Assembly: GCA_010093745.1 (NCBI GenBank)
Contig: MU005962.1
Location: forward strand, 186,001-250,000
Direction: 5' to 3'
DNA: 64,000 nucleotides
DNA from: Piedraia hortae CBS 480.64
Lineage: Eukaryota
The notes under the pieces were generated by a model. The model saw only the letters and a program-made list of their open reading frames with translations, was not told where the DNA came from and did not search any database. The translations under genes were made by a program, and so were the position numbers. Position 1 is the first letter of the stretch. Every line of letters begins with the position of its first letter. Positions 12,704 to 25,800 of this stretch are shown here, one piece after another.

Positions 12704-13188
12704 TTATTTCTTCAGAAGCATGTAGACGTTATCCCTCCGTAAAGGGGAAAGTTTCTTGTACGGTCCGACAAGGCAGAGAAGGAGTCCGCCAAAGGAAATG
12801 TAGACCTCGCTATTTTCGTTAGTCCTGACGTTTCGCTGGGATGCAGCTCAGCTTACATCTTTCCACCGTTCTGCGGGTCGCGGTGCATGTACACCTTTCC
12901 GTAGCAGACGTACTCGTACATGTCCGCGAGCGTCGACTCCGTATGCTTGTTAGGACGCCAGCCGCGCTTCTGCACCTCATCCGCGCTGCCGTCCAGATTC
13001 AGGGTGTCTGCCAATAACATGTGCACCGTCTCGCCGCGTTGCAGGGAATACAGTTCGTCGCAGTAGTCCAGCGTCATCTTCGTGGCGCCATCGCTTGATG
13101 TTCCGTACACACGTGCGACGCGGTCATACGTCTTCTCGCCAACATTATCGATATAGAACGAGTCGTCGAAGAGTTGCGCGTCGGCCAT
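12704..13188 (-). CDS. RPB8: RNA polymerase I/II/III shared subunit RPABC3; exons 13188-12857, 12809-12704
   Basis: MADAQLFDD..YDRVAR..LADMYEYVCYGKVY; 47-nt intron GTAAGC..CTAAC..TAG restores IEVYISFGGLLLCLVGPYKKL. Confidence 0.95.
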
Positions 13189-13364
13189 TGTTGGCGTGAG
13201 GTTTGGTAATTTTTTGGGAGATGCGGCAGAGGTGGGGCGACGTTTCAACGGCCCGTGCCTTATTCTCCGATGGATCGGGCCGATGCAAATGCCCCGCGCT
13301 AGAATAGACAACTTCGCAGACGCACCGAGAATTAACCAACAACCAAATCAGACCACGACAAACC

Positions 13365-14693
13365 ATGGCCGACGCCATCGAGGCCATTGCTGAAAAGGCT
13401 GCAGCGCTTACCATTGAATCAACCGCAGAACCCAAGCTCACTCCGGCGGAGCTGAAGAAGCAAAAAAAGGCCGAAAAGCAGGCGCGAAGAGCAGCGGACA
13501 AAGAACAGACCGGCGCAAAGGCTGAAAGTGCACCCGCCGAACAAACGCCAAGAAAGGCCAGTATACCAGCAGAGAAAAAGCCCAGCAAACCACCGGAGAA
13601 GCCCAAACCAGAGAAAGCGCCTCCCAAACAGGCACCAAAGCAAACCGAAGCCGAAAAGCCCGCCCCCAAGAGCCAGCCATGCGAACGCTCCCAAGTTGAA
13701 ATCTTCAGCCATCTCTTTGCCCAGCCGCGCCGCTCTGGGCTCGAAAACACGCACAAAGACGTCCACCCAGCGGTGCAGCAGCTCGGCCTACAGATGAGCA
13801 GCTACGAAGTCTGCGGCAGCAGCGCACGCTGCGAGGGCATGTTGAAGGCCTTCAAAAGACTCGTACAGGCATACGAAACGCCCGCCGGCCAGTCTCTTCC
13901 CCGCAACCTCACGCACTCTCTCGGCCCCCAAATCGAGTTCCTCAAATCCTGCCGGCCAATCTCAGAATCAATGGGCAATGCGATCAGACATTTGAAGAAA
14001 TTGGTTGTGAATGTCGACCCTAGTATGGAGGAGCATGCAGCGAAGGAATATATCTGCGAGGAGATTGATAGGTTCATCCACGAGAGGATCTATGTCACTG
14101 ACGCGGCTATATCCGCGCAAGCGGCGGGTCAGATTAAGGATGGGATGACCGTTTTGATCTACGCCAAAAGCGCGGTTGTGACGCAGACTCTGTTGAAGGC
14201 TCACGAGAGCGGGAGGCGATTCCACGTTATCGTTATCGACTCGGAGCCCCTGCATGAGGGAAAGGCTTCCGCCTGCAAGCTCACCGCTGCTGGGGTTGAG
14301 GTTAGCTGTTTCACATACGCCAGTGCTGGGAGTGTCATGAGCAAAGTCGACCTTGTTCTCTTCGGAGCGCACTCGATGCTGGGTAACGGTGCGCTAATGT
14401 CACGAATTGGGACTGCTGCTATTGCTATGCATGCGCATGGGAAGAATGTTCCCGTTATTGTGTGCTGCGAGTCGGTCAAGTTTAGTGGAAAGGTTGCGCT
14501 GGATAGTGTGGCGTACAATGAGGCTGCGGACCCAGAGAGTTTTGGCGATGTGAAGGAGGATGGGTGTCAAGTTCTCAATCTCATGTACGATGTCACTCCG
14601 GAGGAGTTTGTGACGATGGTGACGTGTGAGCTTGGGAATGTCCCGCCTAGGGCTGTGCCTGCCATGCATAGGTTGGCGAATGAGGGGATTTAA
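13365..14693 (+). CDS. GCD2: Translation initiation factor eIF2B delta subunit
   Basis: K/A-rich N-terminus, VHPAVQQLG, CRPISESMGNAIR, SRIGTA, CESVKFS, YDVTP. Confidence 0.92.
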   Translation: MADAIEAIAEKAAALTIESTAEPKLTPAELKKQKKAEKQARRAADKEQTGAKAESAPAEQTPRKASIPAEKKPSKPPEKPKPEKAPPKQAPKQTEAEKPAPKSQPCERSQVEIFSHLFAQPRRSGLENTHKDVHPAVQQLGLQMSSYEVCGSSARCEGMLKAFKRLVQAYETPAGQSLPRNLTHSLGPQIEFLKSCRPISESMGNAIRHLKKLVVNVDPSMEEHAAKEYICEEIDRFIHERIYVTDAAISAQAAGQIKDGMTVLIYAKSAVVTQTLLKAHESGRRFHVIVIDSEPLHEGKASACKLTAAGVEVSCFTYASAGSVMSKVDLVLFGAHSMLGNGALMSRIGTAAIAMHAHGKNVPVIVCCESVKFSGKVALDSVAYNEAADPESFGDVKEDGCQVLNLMYDVTPEEFVTMVTCELGNVPPRAVPAMHRLANEGI

Positions 14694-15006
14694 TACCTGT
14701 ATAGAGATTTACGTCAATGGATGTAACCATGTGTCTCTTTGAAAATTCCAGCTTCTTCTCATTCTGTCGTGGGATGACGATCCCATTGTGAAAACAATTC
14801 TATTTCCATGATGGCTGTATTTGATTGTGTCTGTTGTGCAGGTCGCCGCGGAGCGATCCGCAGGTGATGACCCACATCTCTGGCTGTGAGATTTGTGACA
14901 GGTGTGACCTATGACAGTGTTTGGAAGGGCTGGAACGGGGCCGTGGAGCAACGGGCTGAAGGCACGAGGATAGGAGGGAGGTCGAAGGGGAAGAGGGCAG
15001 ACCGGG

Positions 15007-15028
15007 CGGACGGACGGACGGACGGACG
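15007..15028. repeat. (CGGA)5 microsatellite
   Basis: cggacggacggacggacggacg seen directly. Confidence 0.85.
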
Positions 15029-16599
15029 TTATCACATGACGAGGGTTCGGGCGCTTGAGAATTTTCTTGTGTAACTCTAGATACACATATATACGGACAA
15101 ACCTATGAGGTGCCGCTGCTTATTAGCACAGTGTCCATACCCTGAATCGTCTTGTTGAGTTTCGATTGGTGTGCGGGCGCCAAGACCCCCACGTATCGCA
15201 TTTCTCCACAAATTAAAGACTTTCACTTGCATTCACGAATTTCCAGACCAACACAATACTTATGCGGCGAGACCTCTCCACTGACCACTTTCGCTCTATA
15301 AGTTCCTCAGGACCATGCAGGGAAGCACTGGAAGCTGCCACATGACGAATCTCTCTGGCGACTGATTGAAATGTAAGCCTTGTGCTCACCTGAGGGTAGG
15401 TGACACAAGGTCTTCCTAGAGTGGGAGCGTCCTGTACTTCGAGTCGAAGAAGCGAGATTGGAAAAATACTTTTAAGGCTGCAAACAATGTGATTCTATAA
15501 TCTGTCGCGTCCAGTATGATCAGTACCAAGAAGAAAGCAGTCTAGTGAGAAGACGCTGTGTGGTACAGAGCCAAGCTAAATGCCCCTGCGCGATAATATG
15601 AATTCAGTCGAACAGGACATAACAGATCCTGAAACTGGACGAATCCATCCCAAGGTCGACATCTATCTTTCATTCTGGAATTTCAAAATGTTCATACGTT
15701 TCTCCAGAGTAGCAACCCTGATGCCGAGGCTATGAGGTCCGCCTCATCAACAGGCATCTTGACCTGTTCACTACGACTCTGGTGTTATACGGCAAAACTC
15801 CAGCGAAGGCCCTTTTCTTAGTCGGCGACAATTGCTCAACAAGTCGCAAAATCTCCCGCGACTAGAAAATTTCTCTCATTGGTTGCGGCAGCCACAAGCT
15901 TAGCTTGGCGGTCCAGCCATGCTTACCAGAATATTTGCGTGATTTGCGAACACAAACTTACACCAAGGATTCCTTTATTTCAAAATCGGCCTTGGCGGTC
16001 TTCACATGGATTTGCTGTCTAGTCTTGAAGTCCCGGAATCCAAATCGCTATGAGGCAAGTAGACGTTCGGCCAAGGTCGCTTCTCTCATCGCTGAACGAT
16101 AACCATCGACTTCTATCTGCCGCACAGGGTATATGATGCGTGGTACTCTACTAACGACCTCCATCGGCTATCGTCATCCACTTCAAATTTGCATAACATT
16201 TCACGCCCCTCTAGGACAGAGACATGATCGAGGAGCTCGTGCGAGAGGTATATGAGATGGAACCGCATGATTAAAGAGAGTCGCTCTCCATTCACACTTA
16301 TAAGTTGATGAGCAGACCTCATTCTTCTACCCGCCGGGTAACATGGAAACCACCGAGGCCGATGAACCTTGGTTCAAAGTGGCTTTTCATCTCTTTGTAT
16401 CGCTGCGCAAAATGTGATCAGTGATAAAGCGATGAGAACCAACAACATGAACCCGAATACGACTTCACTTGCCCCATACGCAAATCGCTTCCTGTTCCAC
16501 AGCTGCTACGTTGGGTCAAAGACGACGGCGTGCCGTTCTACGGGTTCAGTTTTCGGGACGTAATCAAGGGCAAAGGGATCCGAACTTCATTACACCATT

Positions 16600-19000
16600 T
16601 TTATAAAGTATCACTCGCAGAAATCCCCATGAGCGATGCAGAATGAAATTGATGATATGCGGCGCTTCGCTGACGATGTCCTGTCTTGAAAAAAGACTCG
16701 CGAGGTCATTCTATCTACTGTGTCGCGGATGGAGTTGTGACTGCCTTTTGGCACGTTGACGATCTGAATGTCATGTGCTACCCATTATGCGAGGAACGAC
16801 AGCTACGCTCCCTCCTGGACTTGACTGGTGAGGATGTCATCTCCCCCATCAAACTCCAACTATCCCGCGACATCCCCAACCAGCCTATGACCTCCTCAGG
16901 GGCCGCGCACATATATCACAATGCGTGGTGTACTTTGTTTCCTAGACACAAAAAGAATGCGGTTTTGGAAAAGACACTCAGGGGAAAATGATACCAAGCC
17001 AGAGAGCCGCGGCGGCATTTTTACAATAGGCTCTAGTCTCTGAAGGGAGAAGGTTGTCCTTCGCCGGCGTACAAGGGACTCTTCGACTAGGATAAAATGA
17101 AAAGATCCGTTTACCGTGTACAAGGGTTTTGAAAAAAGAATTACTCGTCAAGCGATTTTGTCGGCTATATAAGAGTCAGTGCAGAATTCGTCAAAGTCTA
17201 GGAACGTCTATCGCTAGCTGAGTTAGGCGGTGATGGCTTGCCACCCTCTTAGCTTCGTGGAGGATCCCGACACCCGCCTAAACACGAACCTGAAGGCGAC
17301 AACTCGGCAGATGGTGGCCATTCGTCTGGATATGGTTCATGCTAAGACGATCGGCAGATTGAAGTGAATATGTTCGATAACACCGGGAGTCATTGGTCGA
17401 GCGGACTTCCATCGATCTTGAGACGTACCGTCTGGCAGAGGTGCAATTACCACATACACACCGACCACAAGAACCCAGGGTAGTTCACGAGGAGCCCGCT
17501 GGAGCGACCTACACAGACATTTATTCTGTGTTTCCTCGGTTCCGTGCGATGGACGGCTCAGGTGGTTAGTCTGATAGTGACAGGAGCATTTGGCCAATAA
17601 TGTGGACTGAGGCGTTAATTGTTTCAACGAGGTCAGTCGTCAGTTCTTGATTATACACCCACAACTGAACTGCGACGAAACCGTGCCTGCATAAAGATCC
17701 ATCCCGAACGCGAACGCGATAAAATTTAGCGAATGAAGATGATCTCCAAACCTCAACCCACAAACCCAACTCCGCTCCTCCAGCAGCGAGAACATTCAGA
17801 ATGCTTATCACAAGAGGATTTTGAAATCGACGCGGTAAACGCATTCTTGAACGTAAGCTCCCCGAAACGTACCACTTTACGCTTCCCTGTGTCATCTGAT
17901 TGCCTGTTCCCGTGCGCTCTACGGTTTGGCAGAATCAGGTAATCTCTGGCAAGCGATTTTCATTCACGCCGTGGAATCGAAAGAACAACAGCGCACTCAA
18001 CACGCACGTCACCACAAATATCCATGCCAAAACAATGCCGCTTCAACAGGAAGTCCCGGATACGATGTCAGGCGACAGTATTTTGACGTGGCCGGAAACA
18101 CCAGAGGTTAAGATTTCCGACAATATGTCGGGGAGGGGGGACGGGGAACAGCAGCATTAGAGCGAGCGCCAACATACGCTCGCCGAGTGCACCATTCCAC
18201 CGAGCCTGGCTCGCATGCACCATTTCTTTCGCTCTGGGATGCCGCGTCCGCGGTCTGCCTCAGCAAATTTATCAAAACGAGCCGTGTTAATTCGAGGACG
18301 TGCTTTTTTGGCATATGGAAGCAGCGCATATTTACCAGCACTTACGCCCACACATATGCAACTCGGGGGGGGAAAGCAAGCAGGATAGCACGGTGAGCCC
18401 TGTGTCAGATGAGGTAGATCGGTGGTAGATAGAACGCCAGAGGCTTCGCAGGGTTTTCTGCCTCATAAAGGAGTTTTCCCCTGTGACGAGGTCACGTCGT
18501 TGCGTGGTCTCGGCAAATGCGGTCTGGCCAATCGTGGGTCTGTGGAGGACGTTGCGTTAGCTCTCAGCAAGTAGAGACGTACACAGTTACATACACCTTT
18601 TCGCCCAGACTTCACGTCTTACAGGACTTGAGGATAATGGCCAGAAGATCGGGCAAGAGAAAAGGAAAGGGAATGAAGGAACCTAATAGCCCAATGAGCC
18701 AAGGGCATACGACTCACGTCTGCCCAATTCTGCGACGATTTTCGACCCATAGCCAGATCTCACCATGGATAACTCCATTCATCCTTGAATAGGCATCCGA
18801 GACAATTAAGCGTTGAGCTTCTACCTCTGATATGGTATGACCGTGTAAGGAAGATGGCTTTTATCTGTGAGCTACTGTTGGGTTCTGAGGATTAAGGTGA
18901 TGCAAGATCGGGAGGAAAGAGCAATGTGATTGAACCAAGCTCAATATGTTCAGAAGGTCATCAACAAATTCGTTATCAATGTCAGACGCCGCCTAAATTC
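16600..19000 (+). mobile_element. Scattered Ty1/Copia RT/RNase H relics (at least two origins), with a small Gypsy RNase H-like piece
   Basis: AFWHVDDL (~16750), EIDAVNAFLN (~17825), WVLRIKVMQDREERAM*LNQAQYVQKVINKF (~18880-18970); IHTDHKN (~17455) is Gypsy-type. Confidence 0.65.
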
Positions 19001-19353
19001 ACCATTTCTCATTGCGAGCGAAGTATTAGCTTCGTTTACAAGAACGGTCTCCCAAGGCTGATAGTGGATGACTTTAAGGACCTTCATCATAAACGCCAGG
19101 ATTTGAGCGATCTCCGTCAACTAGGAGAAGGCATGGGCTACGGATGTTGAATGGTTGGACAACCGGCCGCAAAGCCTTGGAAATAGTTATGGTTTGAGAG
19201 GCGTTCTCTGAGATTATTGTGTAATTTTTTTTAAAGAAAAGTGTAACGTTTGGTTATAAAGTGTAATTCAGGTGTTCAGTCCGCGTTCGGTCCTGCGACA
19301 GTTCGTAAATTTAGGGTAGCCCCCCTCATTGAGTTCAGGAAACTTGCCGACTC

Positions 19354-19780
19354 GTGGAAGAATCGTCGCCGCATGCCAAACCTTCCAGAAGGTCGTGTCC
19401 GGCGCATTGGATGCCAGGTCATGCCGCCACCAAAGGCAACGACAGGGCTGACGCCCTCGCCAAGATGGGAGCATCAGCCCCAGTCGACCCATCTGCCCCG
19501 GTCAGGCCGCCAACGTTAGCTCATATAAAGAGATCAGCACGAGCCTGGAGCGCTGCACCGGCGAGAGACTGGTGGGCCGACAATGCCCCCCAGCATTACC
19601 AGGAGCTGGCCATCGGCTTTCCTTCCAAGCCGCCAAAGAAATTGCGCCTCCGACGAAAAGCCCTAGGGCAACTCGTCGCGTGCAGAACGAAGCACGGTGA
19701 CTTTCCCGAGTACCATCCAAGGTTCAGCCACCATGACGCAGAGTCCCACTGCTCTTGCGAGAGCCTCAAGATCCCAGGCG
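19354..19780 (+). mobile_element. Non-LTR (Tad/LINE-like) retrotransposon 3' fragment: RNase H end plus Cys/His tail
   Basis: HWMPGHAATKGNDRADALAK (RNase H), LVACRTKHGDFPEYH..HCSC. Confidence 0.8.
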
Positions 19781-19859
19781 TCTTCAAGACGGACTGTAGG
19801 CCGTACCGTTCTTCCATACCTTGTTGTATATGGAGCGGTAGTTTGCTCAAGTTGTGTTT

Positions 19860-22242
19860 TCACCTTTTCGGTGTTTGCACTCTTGAATGTAGATGGTTTG
19901 GGTGAAGTTGGCTCATTCTCGGGAAATGGTAGTCTGCATCCATCTTGTGAATTTCCTTGTTCTTGTTTTGCCCAAACGGATGAGGATTTTTAATGGAGGG
20001 ACGATGTACTTCAAGTGCTTGATGGGGTGTGGTATTTCCAGAACGTGAAGAGTGCGGTTTCCGGTTGCGCAAGTAAACAGCCGTAGCGATAGCTTCGACC
20101 CATAATTTGAGCAGCGAGTCATTCTTGGTCATGGTGCGAGCATCTGCGACTATGGTGCGATTGTAACGCTCGGCAACGCCATTTGATTCGTGATGGTAGG
20201 GTGCCGTCGCTTCCCAGATAATGCCTTTCTTTTGGAATAGGCTGCGGGATGCCACGTAATCTCCGCCGTTGTCGCTGCGGAACCGCCGGATTTTACTGTT
20301 ATGTTGCACTTTGACCATTCTGAGCAGTCCTTCGATCGCTCCCCTTGTTTCATTCTTGGGTTTCAGGAAAGTGACCAAGGTGTATCTTGTGTAATCATCA
20401 ATGAATATGATGAAATACATGGATTTGCCCATAGACGGTCGCGAGAACTTTCCTAATAGATCGGAGTGGATCAATTCAAAAGGCTGGGAGGATCACTTGC
20501 CGACCAAAAACTTTGGCTTCTTGTGTGTTGACTTGGCGCGGGCACAATCCTCGCAAAAGACGTTTTCGGGCTTGATTGGTGCCATCTCGCCGTCCTCGTA
20601 AATCTTGGCTGTGTTTGGGACGTCGCTGTGGCCGATAGACTCATGAAACTCCTGGTAGGAAGCAAAATGCGCTGTCGCCGGCTGATGTTTGCGTGACTTT
20701 GCAGCTAAGGAGTTTGCTTTCACGCAGAAGGTTCCCCCAACTTCTTCGCCCACAAGTACCGGCGTGTCGTTCTTCATAAGACAGCTGCTGGTTTCACTCC
20801 CCTTTATGTCGAAACCTCTGTCAGACAGATATGGCCAACTCAGCAGTCTCGTCAGGACTGAATAGGACGTTCGTCAACGTGATGGACTTGATAGTTCCGT
20901 CCGGTAGATAGCAGTTCAGAGGAATGGAGACAGTCCCGTGGATGGAATTGTTTGGCCTCCTGCGATTTGGATAGTGCCGTGAGCGGTGCGAAAGTCCGAG
21001 AAGTCGTCGAGACACGTCATGTGACGAGAAGCGCCAGTGTCGAAGATCCAGGGGGATGGTGCATTCGTAGCGATTGATGTTAGTCCATGCTCCATTACTG
21101 CCACAAGTGCCGTTGCCTCTTCTTTCACCGCTGCTTGGTTTGCAGTGTCAGGGCGGTGTGCTCGCTTCTTGACCTTGGAGCCTTGGAAGTTCGGCTTGGC
21201 TCGGCGACAGGTCTTGAAGACATGGTTTTTGTAGAAATAACCGTATTTGTTGCACCAGGTGCAGCCTCCGTCATGATGTCTGTCCTTTCTTGGTTGAGCT
21301 CCAGAGTGACGGGTCGTGGTCACCGTGTGGTATGTGTTTGTTGTCTCCTTGAATGACCGTTTATCGATTATATCCTGGAGTGGACCTTGAACCTCGGCGT
21401 ATGACGGTATTCCCTTGCTATTGAGATTACCAACACTATTGTGCATGGAATCGGTGAGAGTAGCAATGGAAAAAAACTCCCTTGACTAGATCATTTTCCA
21501 AGGTGGTTCTCAAGGACTTGGCGACTTCATGGTTGGATATTGCGCAGCGCTGTTGCATACGCAGCCACTTGCTGTGGAACTCATCCATATGAGCCTGGAA
21601 ACTCTCATCGTTTTGGTAGCGCATTTGTGTGATTGATCGGAAGTACACGGCGTTGTTGCCGGTATCGCAATCAAAGCGCTGAGTGATCTTGGTCCAGGCT
21701 TCGTTGGAGGAGGTTGATCCAGAGATGAGATGGAAGAGGCCTTTGGTCCACAGCAGTATAAAGCATCATGGTTGCTTTAGAATCTTTGGTCTCCCATTCC
21801 GAGCGTTGGGTGGTCCCAGAGATTGGCTTTATTTCTTCCCCAGATACAATCGGCCAGACCGAATCGAACTTGCAAGCAGTTGTCCAGGCAATTTTCCAGT
21901 TCTGGAAGAAGTCACCTTTCGTGTTAAGGTTGGGTAGCTTGCCAACGTCCACCTTGATGACGGAAGACATGGCGGGAGTGTTTTGTTTTGGAGACATTCT
22001 CGATAGTCGTTTTCAGCGTAGCGTAATCGTTCTGAAGATTGAATTTTTTTACAAAATTATCTTTTCTCAAGTTCAGCAGCGAGCTTATATACAAGCAGCT
22101 TCTTTGTTCAAACAGTTTCAAATATTCCTCAATTGCCCCACTGTCCTCTTAATTATGCTCTTTGAGTATTTTGCTATACAAGATTTCTCTTTGTATAGTC
22201 TTTGCTATCAGGCCCGAGGTATGGCACCAATACTTCTCAACA
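19860..22242 (-). mobile_element. Ty1/Copia element 5' half (putative LTR, gag, protease, integrase), frameshifted, lacking RT/RNase H
   Basis: TGTTG start at 22242 with TATATAA at 22091-22085; gag FQNWKIAW; CTWCNK..H..C knuckle; WIFDTGASRHM; FHESIGH..CEDC; IHSDLLG, FIDDYTRY, RSDNGG, SNGVAERYNRTI. Confidence 0.9.
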
Positions 22243-22454
22243 ACAAAGGAGAGGACGGGGAGTGAAAGAGTTGGCCCCGCGTGGGGGTATCGGGCTTGCG
22301 CGTGGTGCCACCCCGCGCCTATTAGGGTTCGGGCGTAAGCTCATTAGGAGTTATGACACAACCATAGAGGTAAAATGAATAACACACAAAAAACCCTATG
22401 AGGACTCGTAATTCAGACTGTCGATCCGCGTACTGCTCTCTTCGGTCTCGTGTG

Positions 22455-22577
22455 ATGGTCCTTTCTGTACTGTGTAACGGTCCTTCGATCCTTGTAATGG
22501 TTGTTTGGGCCCTGCGTACCGGTCATTCGGTCCGCATGTTGGTCCCGTCGGTCCCGCGTAAGGTCCTTTCGGTCCCA
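22455..22577. repeat. Degenerate ~21-bp GGTCC-rich minisatellite
   Basis: Units such as cggtccgcatgttggtcccgt and cggtcccgcgtaaggtccttt. Confidence 0.55.
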
Positions 22578-22685
22578 CAACTCAACTCCGTAAAAGTGTA
22601 CCTAATTTTCCAAGATGTAACTTTATCAGTGAGCGGCGCGGAATTTACGAATCACCATCTCGAGCCCGCGCAGCAAGATCTGCAG

Positions 22686-22840
22686 ACGCGAAAGAAAGTT
22701 GGGATGTATAGATAAGGACGTTGCGAAACTACAGCAATAAGTGAAACAGTATTCATCCAGGCTCGACGGTACAGGTCGTAAGATCCGTCTTCACGAAATG
22801 TGAGATGTGACGTCACTCACTCAACGCGTCCGCGCGCGTT
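22686..22840 (+). promoter_or_regulatory. RAD5 promoter with MCB/SCB-like and CRE-like sites
   Basis: ACGCGAAA 22686-22693, GTGACGTCAC 22807-22816, ACGCGT 22824-22829, CGCGCGCG run; fits G1/S regulation of a repair gene. Confidence 0.55.
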
Positions 22841-22852
22841 TTCAACTTGGAG

Positions 22853-25800
22853 ATGAGTCGCGAGAGCGAGAGAATGGACGAGCGGCGCGCGAAGCGACGA
22901 AGATTTTTCGCGGATAGCTCGCCCTGTCCTCCTACTCCGTCTGAGATTACTCCTCCCACGAACGAAGTTCCATTAGAACCTAGCACGCGAAACGACTCTC
23001 CTTCCCGCGCAGCCTCTCCAGACGCACGCATCCCCACGCCCTCCTCACAACTAGACCTCTCCACCCTAACCTGCGCCGGGGACGAAACCAACTGGACCGT
23101 CGATGAGCTCCTGCGCGGGGACGACGAGAAATGGAAAATCTTCCAACAAATCATCGGCAATGGGGTAGATACCGTCACCACGAGGAGGTTGTACGATTAC
23201 TACGGCGGAAACGCCACAAAGGCAGTAAACGCCTACTACGACGGGACGTGGGCGGCAATACAGAGTAGGGGGTCTATTAGGGATGCCCGCTCCGCGAAAC
23301 AGCATGTGCCAATCGACTCCGCCTCCATCCCCAAGAGGAGATATATCGGCGCTTTAGGCGTAGCGGGGTGGACGACACGTAGCGGACACAATCTCCTTCG
23401 GCCAAAGGATAGGGTGATTATCGAACGGACGAAGCAGCAGATTGTTTCGAGACCCGGCCGGGGCGGGAGGGTAAGGCCCATTGCTCGCAAAACGCAGGAT
23501 GTGATTGTTCGGTTCGCGAATGCGAACGGGGAGGAGGTTGGGAGGTTGGAGAAAGATAGTGCGAGTTGGATTAGCACGCTGATTGATCAGAAGGTTTGTG
23601 TGTTTGAGGGGACGTGTGTTTACGCTCCGGAGAGGTTGAGGACGAATGATACGGTTTACTTGCAGTTGAGGTGTTTTTTGAGAGGGGAGGTTTTTAGAGG
23701 CAAGGGAATTGTGAAGCCCGTGGAGAATAATAGACTCACGGGGCTGTTTGAGGCGAAGGAGTCGGAGGATGAGAGGGACCTAAGGCTTCGCCAGTTTGGG
23801 TTGGTGAAGTTGTTTAATGAGATTGATCTTAAGCCGTGCACGGTTAGTGAGATGACGGCGAGGCATAAGAGGGAGGGGATCCTAAAGGCCACGGAAGTTA
23901 TGGAACAGTATGATCTTGCGTCGACGCAGGCTGGGAAAGGGACGGAGGATGGGGAGGAAGAGGAGGGGAAGGAGGTCGAGCAGGATCAGCTTGATGCCTT
24001 GTATAAGAAGGCTCAGTTGTTTGATTTTGAGACGCCGGAAGCGGAGCCTGCGGAGACGTTTGGCTTGTCGTTGAGGAAGTACCAGAAACAGGCGCTGCAT
24101 TGGATGCTGAATAAGGAGAAAAACGAAAAAGATGAACAACGTGAACAGAGTATGCATCCGCTCTGGGAAGAGTATTCGTGGCCTACTAAGGATGTGGACG
24201 ATGAGCCGCTGCCGGTGGTTGAAGGGCAGGAATCGTTCTATGTTAACCCGTATAGCGGGGAGATGAGCTTGGAGTTTCCCGTGCAAGAACAAGACTGTCT
24301 AGGTGGCATTCTGGCGGATGAGATGGGTCTGGGTAAGACCATCGAAATGCTTTCGCTCATACACAGCAACCCAAGCCCGGAGCAGCAGGCAACATGCGGC
24401 CCCAGTTACCTCCCACGTCTGACGAGCAGGAAGCAGCAGGTGGAGTCAGCACCGGCTACGACTCTGGTGGTGGCCCCCATGTCTCTGCTTGCACAGTGGG
24501 CTTCTGAAGTGGAAAAGGCGAGCAAGCCAGGCACGATCAAGGCATTGGTGTACTACGGCGACGAGAAGAATGCAGACTTGCAGAGCCTTTGTTGCGCTGC
24601 CAATACGGCGAGCGCACCGAATGTCATTATCACATCCTATGGCATAGTCTTGTCCGAGTTTGGAAAGGCTGACAAGCGCGGCGGCCTCTTCTCGCTGGAA
24701 TACTGGCGCATCATTATGGATGAAGCACATGTGATTAAAAACAGACAGTCTAAAACGGCAAAGGCGTGCTACGAGCTCGCTGCAAGACACCGCTGGGTGT
24801 TGACCGGCACGCCGATTGTGAATCGTCTGGAAGACCTCTTCAGTCTCGTCCGCTTTCTAAGAGTAGAGCCGTGGTCGAATTTCAGCTTCTGGAAGACATT
24901 CATCACAACGCCCTTTGAGAATGGCGAGTTCATGCGTGCGTTGGACGTTGTGCAGACAGTCGTCGAGCCGCTCGTGTTGAGGCGTACCAAGGATATGAAG
25001 ATGCCCAACGGCGAGGCTCTCGTCTCCCTGCCACCGCGCACAATCACCATCGAGCAGGTCGAGCTCAGCCAGCCGGAGCAGGACGTCTACCATCACATCT
25101 TTTCCCGGGCAAAGCGAACCTTTGCCCAGAACGAAGACGCCGGCACGCTGATGAAGTCTTATACAACCATTTTTGCCCAGATCCTGCGACTAAGACAATC
25201 ATGCTGCCACCCCATCCTCACACGCAACAAAGCCATCGTGGCAGAGGAAGAGGCGGCCGAGGCAGCAGTCGACGCAGCCAACGGTCTCGCAGACGACATG
25301 GACCTGGAAACTCTTCTTGAAAACTTCAAAGCCGACTCTGGCGAGAAAGACGCCAGCACCTTTGGCGCCCACGCACTGACCCAAATCCAAGCCGAGGCCG
25401 AAGCCGAATGTCCCATCTGCTGCGAAGAGCCAATGCAAGAGCAAAGCGTAACCGGATGCTGGCACTCTGCCTGCAAAAAGTGTCTACTGGACTACATCGA
25501 CCACCAAGCCAGCAAAGGCGAAGTCCCGCGCTGCTTCAACTGTCGCGAAGCCATCAACGCACGCGACGTCTTTGAAATCATCCGCCACGGCGACGACGAC
25601 GATCGCATATCCCTACGTCGAGTAAAACAGCTCTCCTCCGCCAAAATCCACGCGCTACTCTCTCGCCTCAAACCCTTACGCATATCAGACCCAAAACTCA
25701 AATGCGTTGTCTTTAGCCAATTCACCTCTTTCCTCGACCTCGTCGGGCCCGCCCTGAATACTGCGAAAATCAAAACCCTCCGCTTCGACGGAAGCATGTC

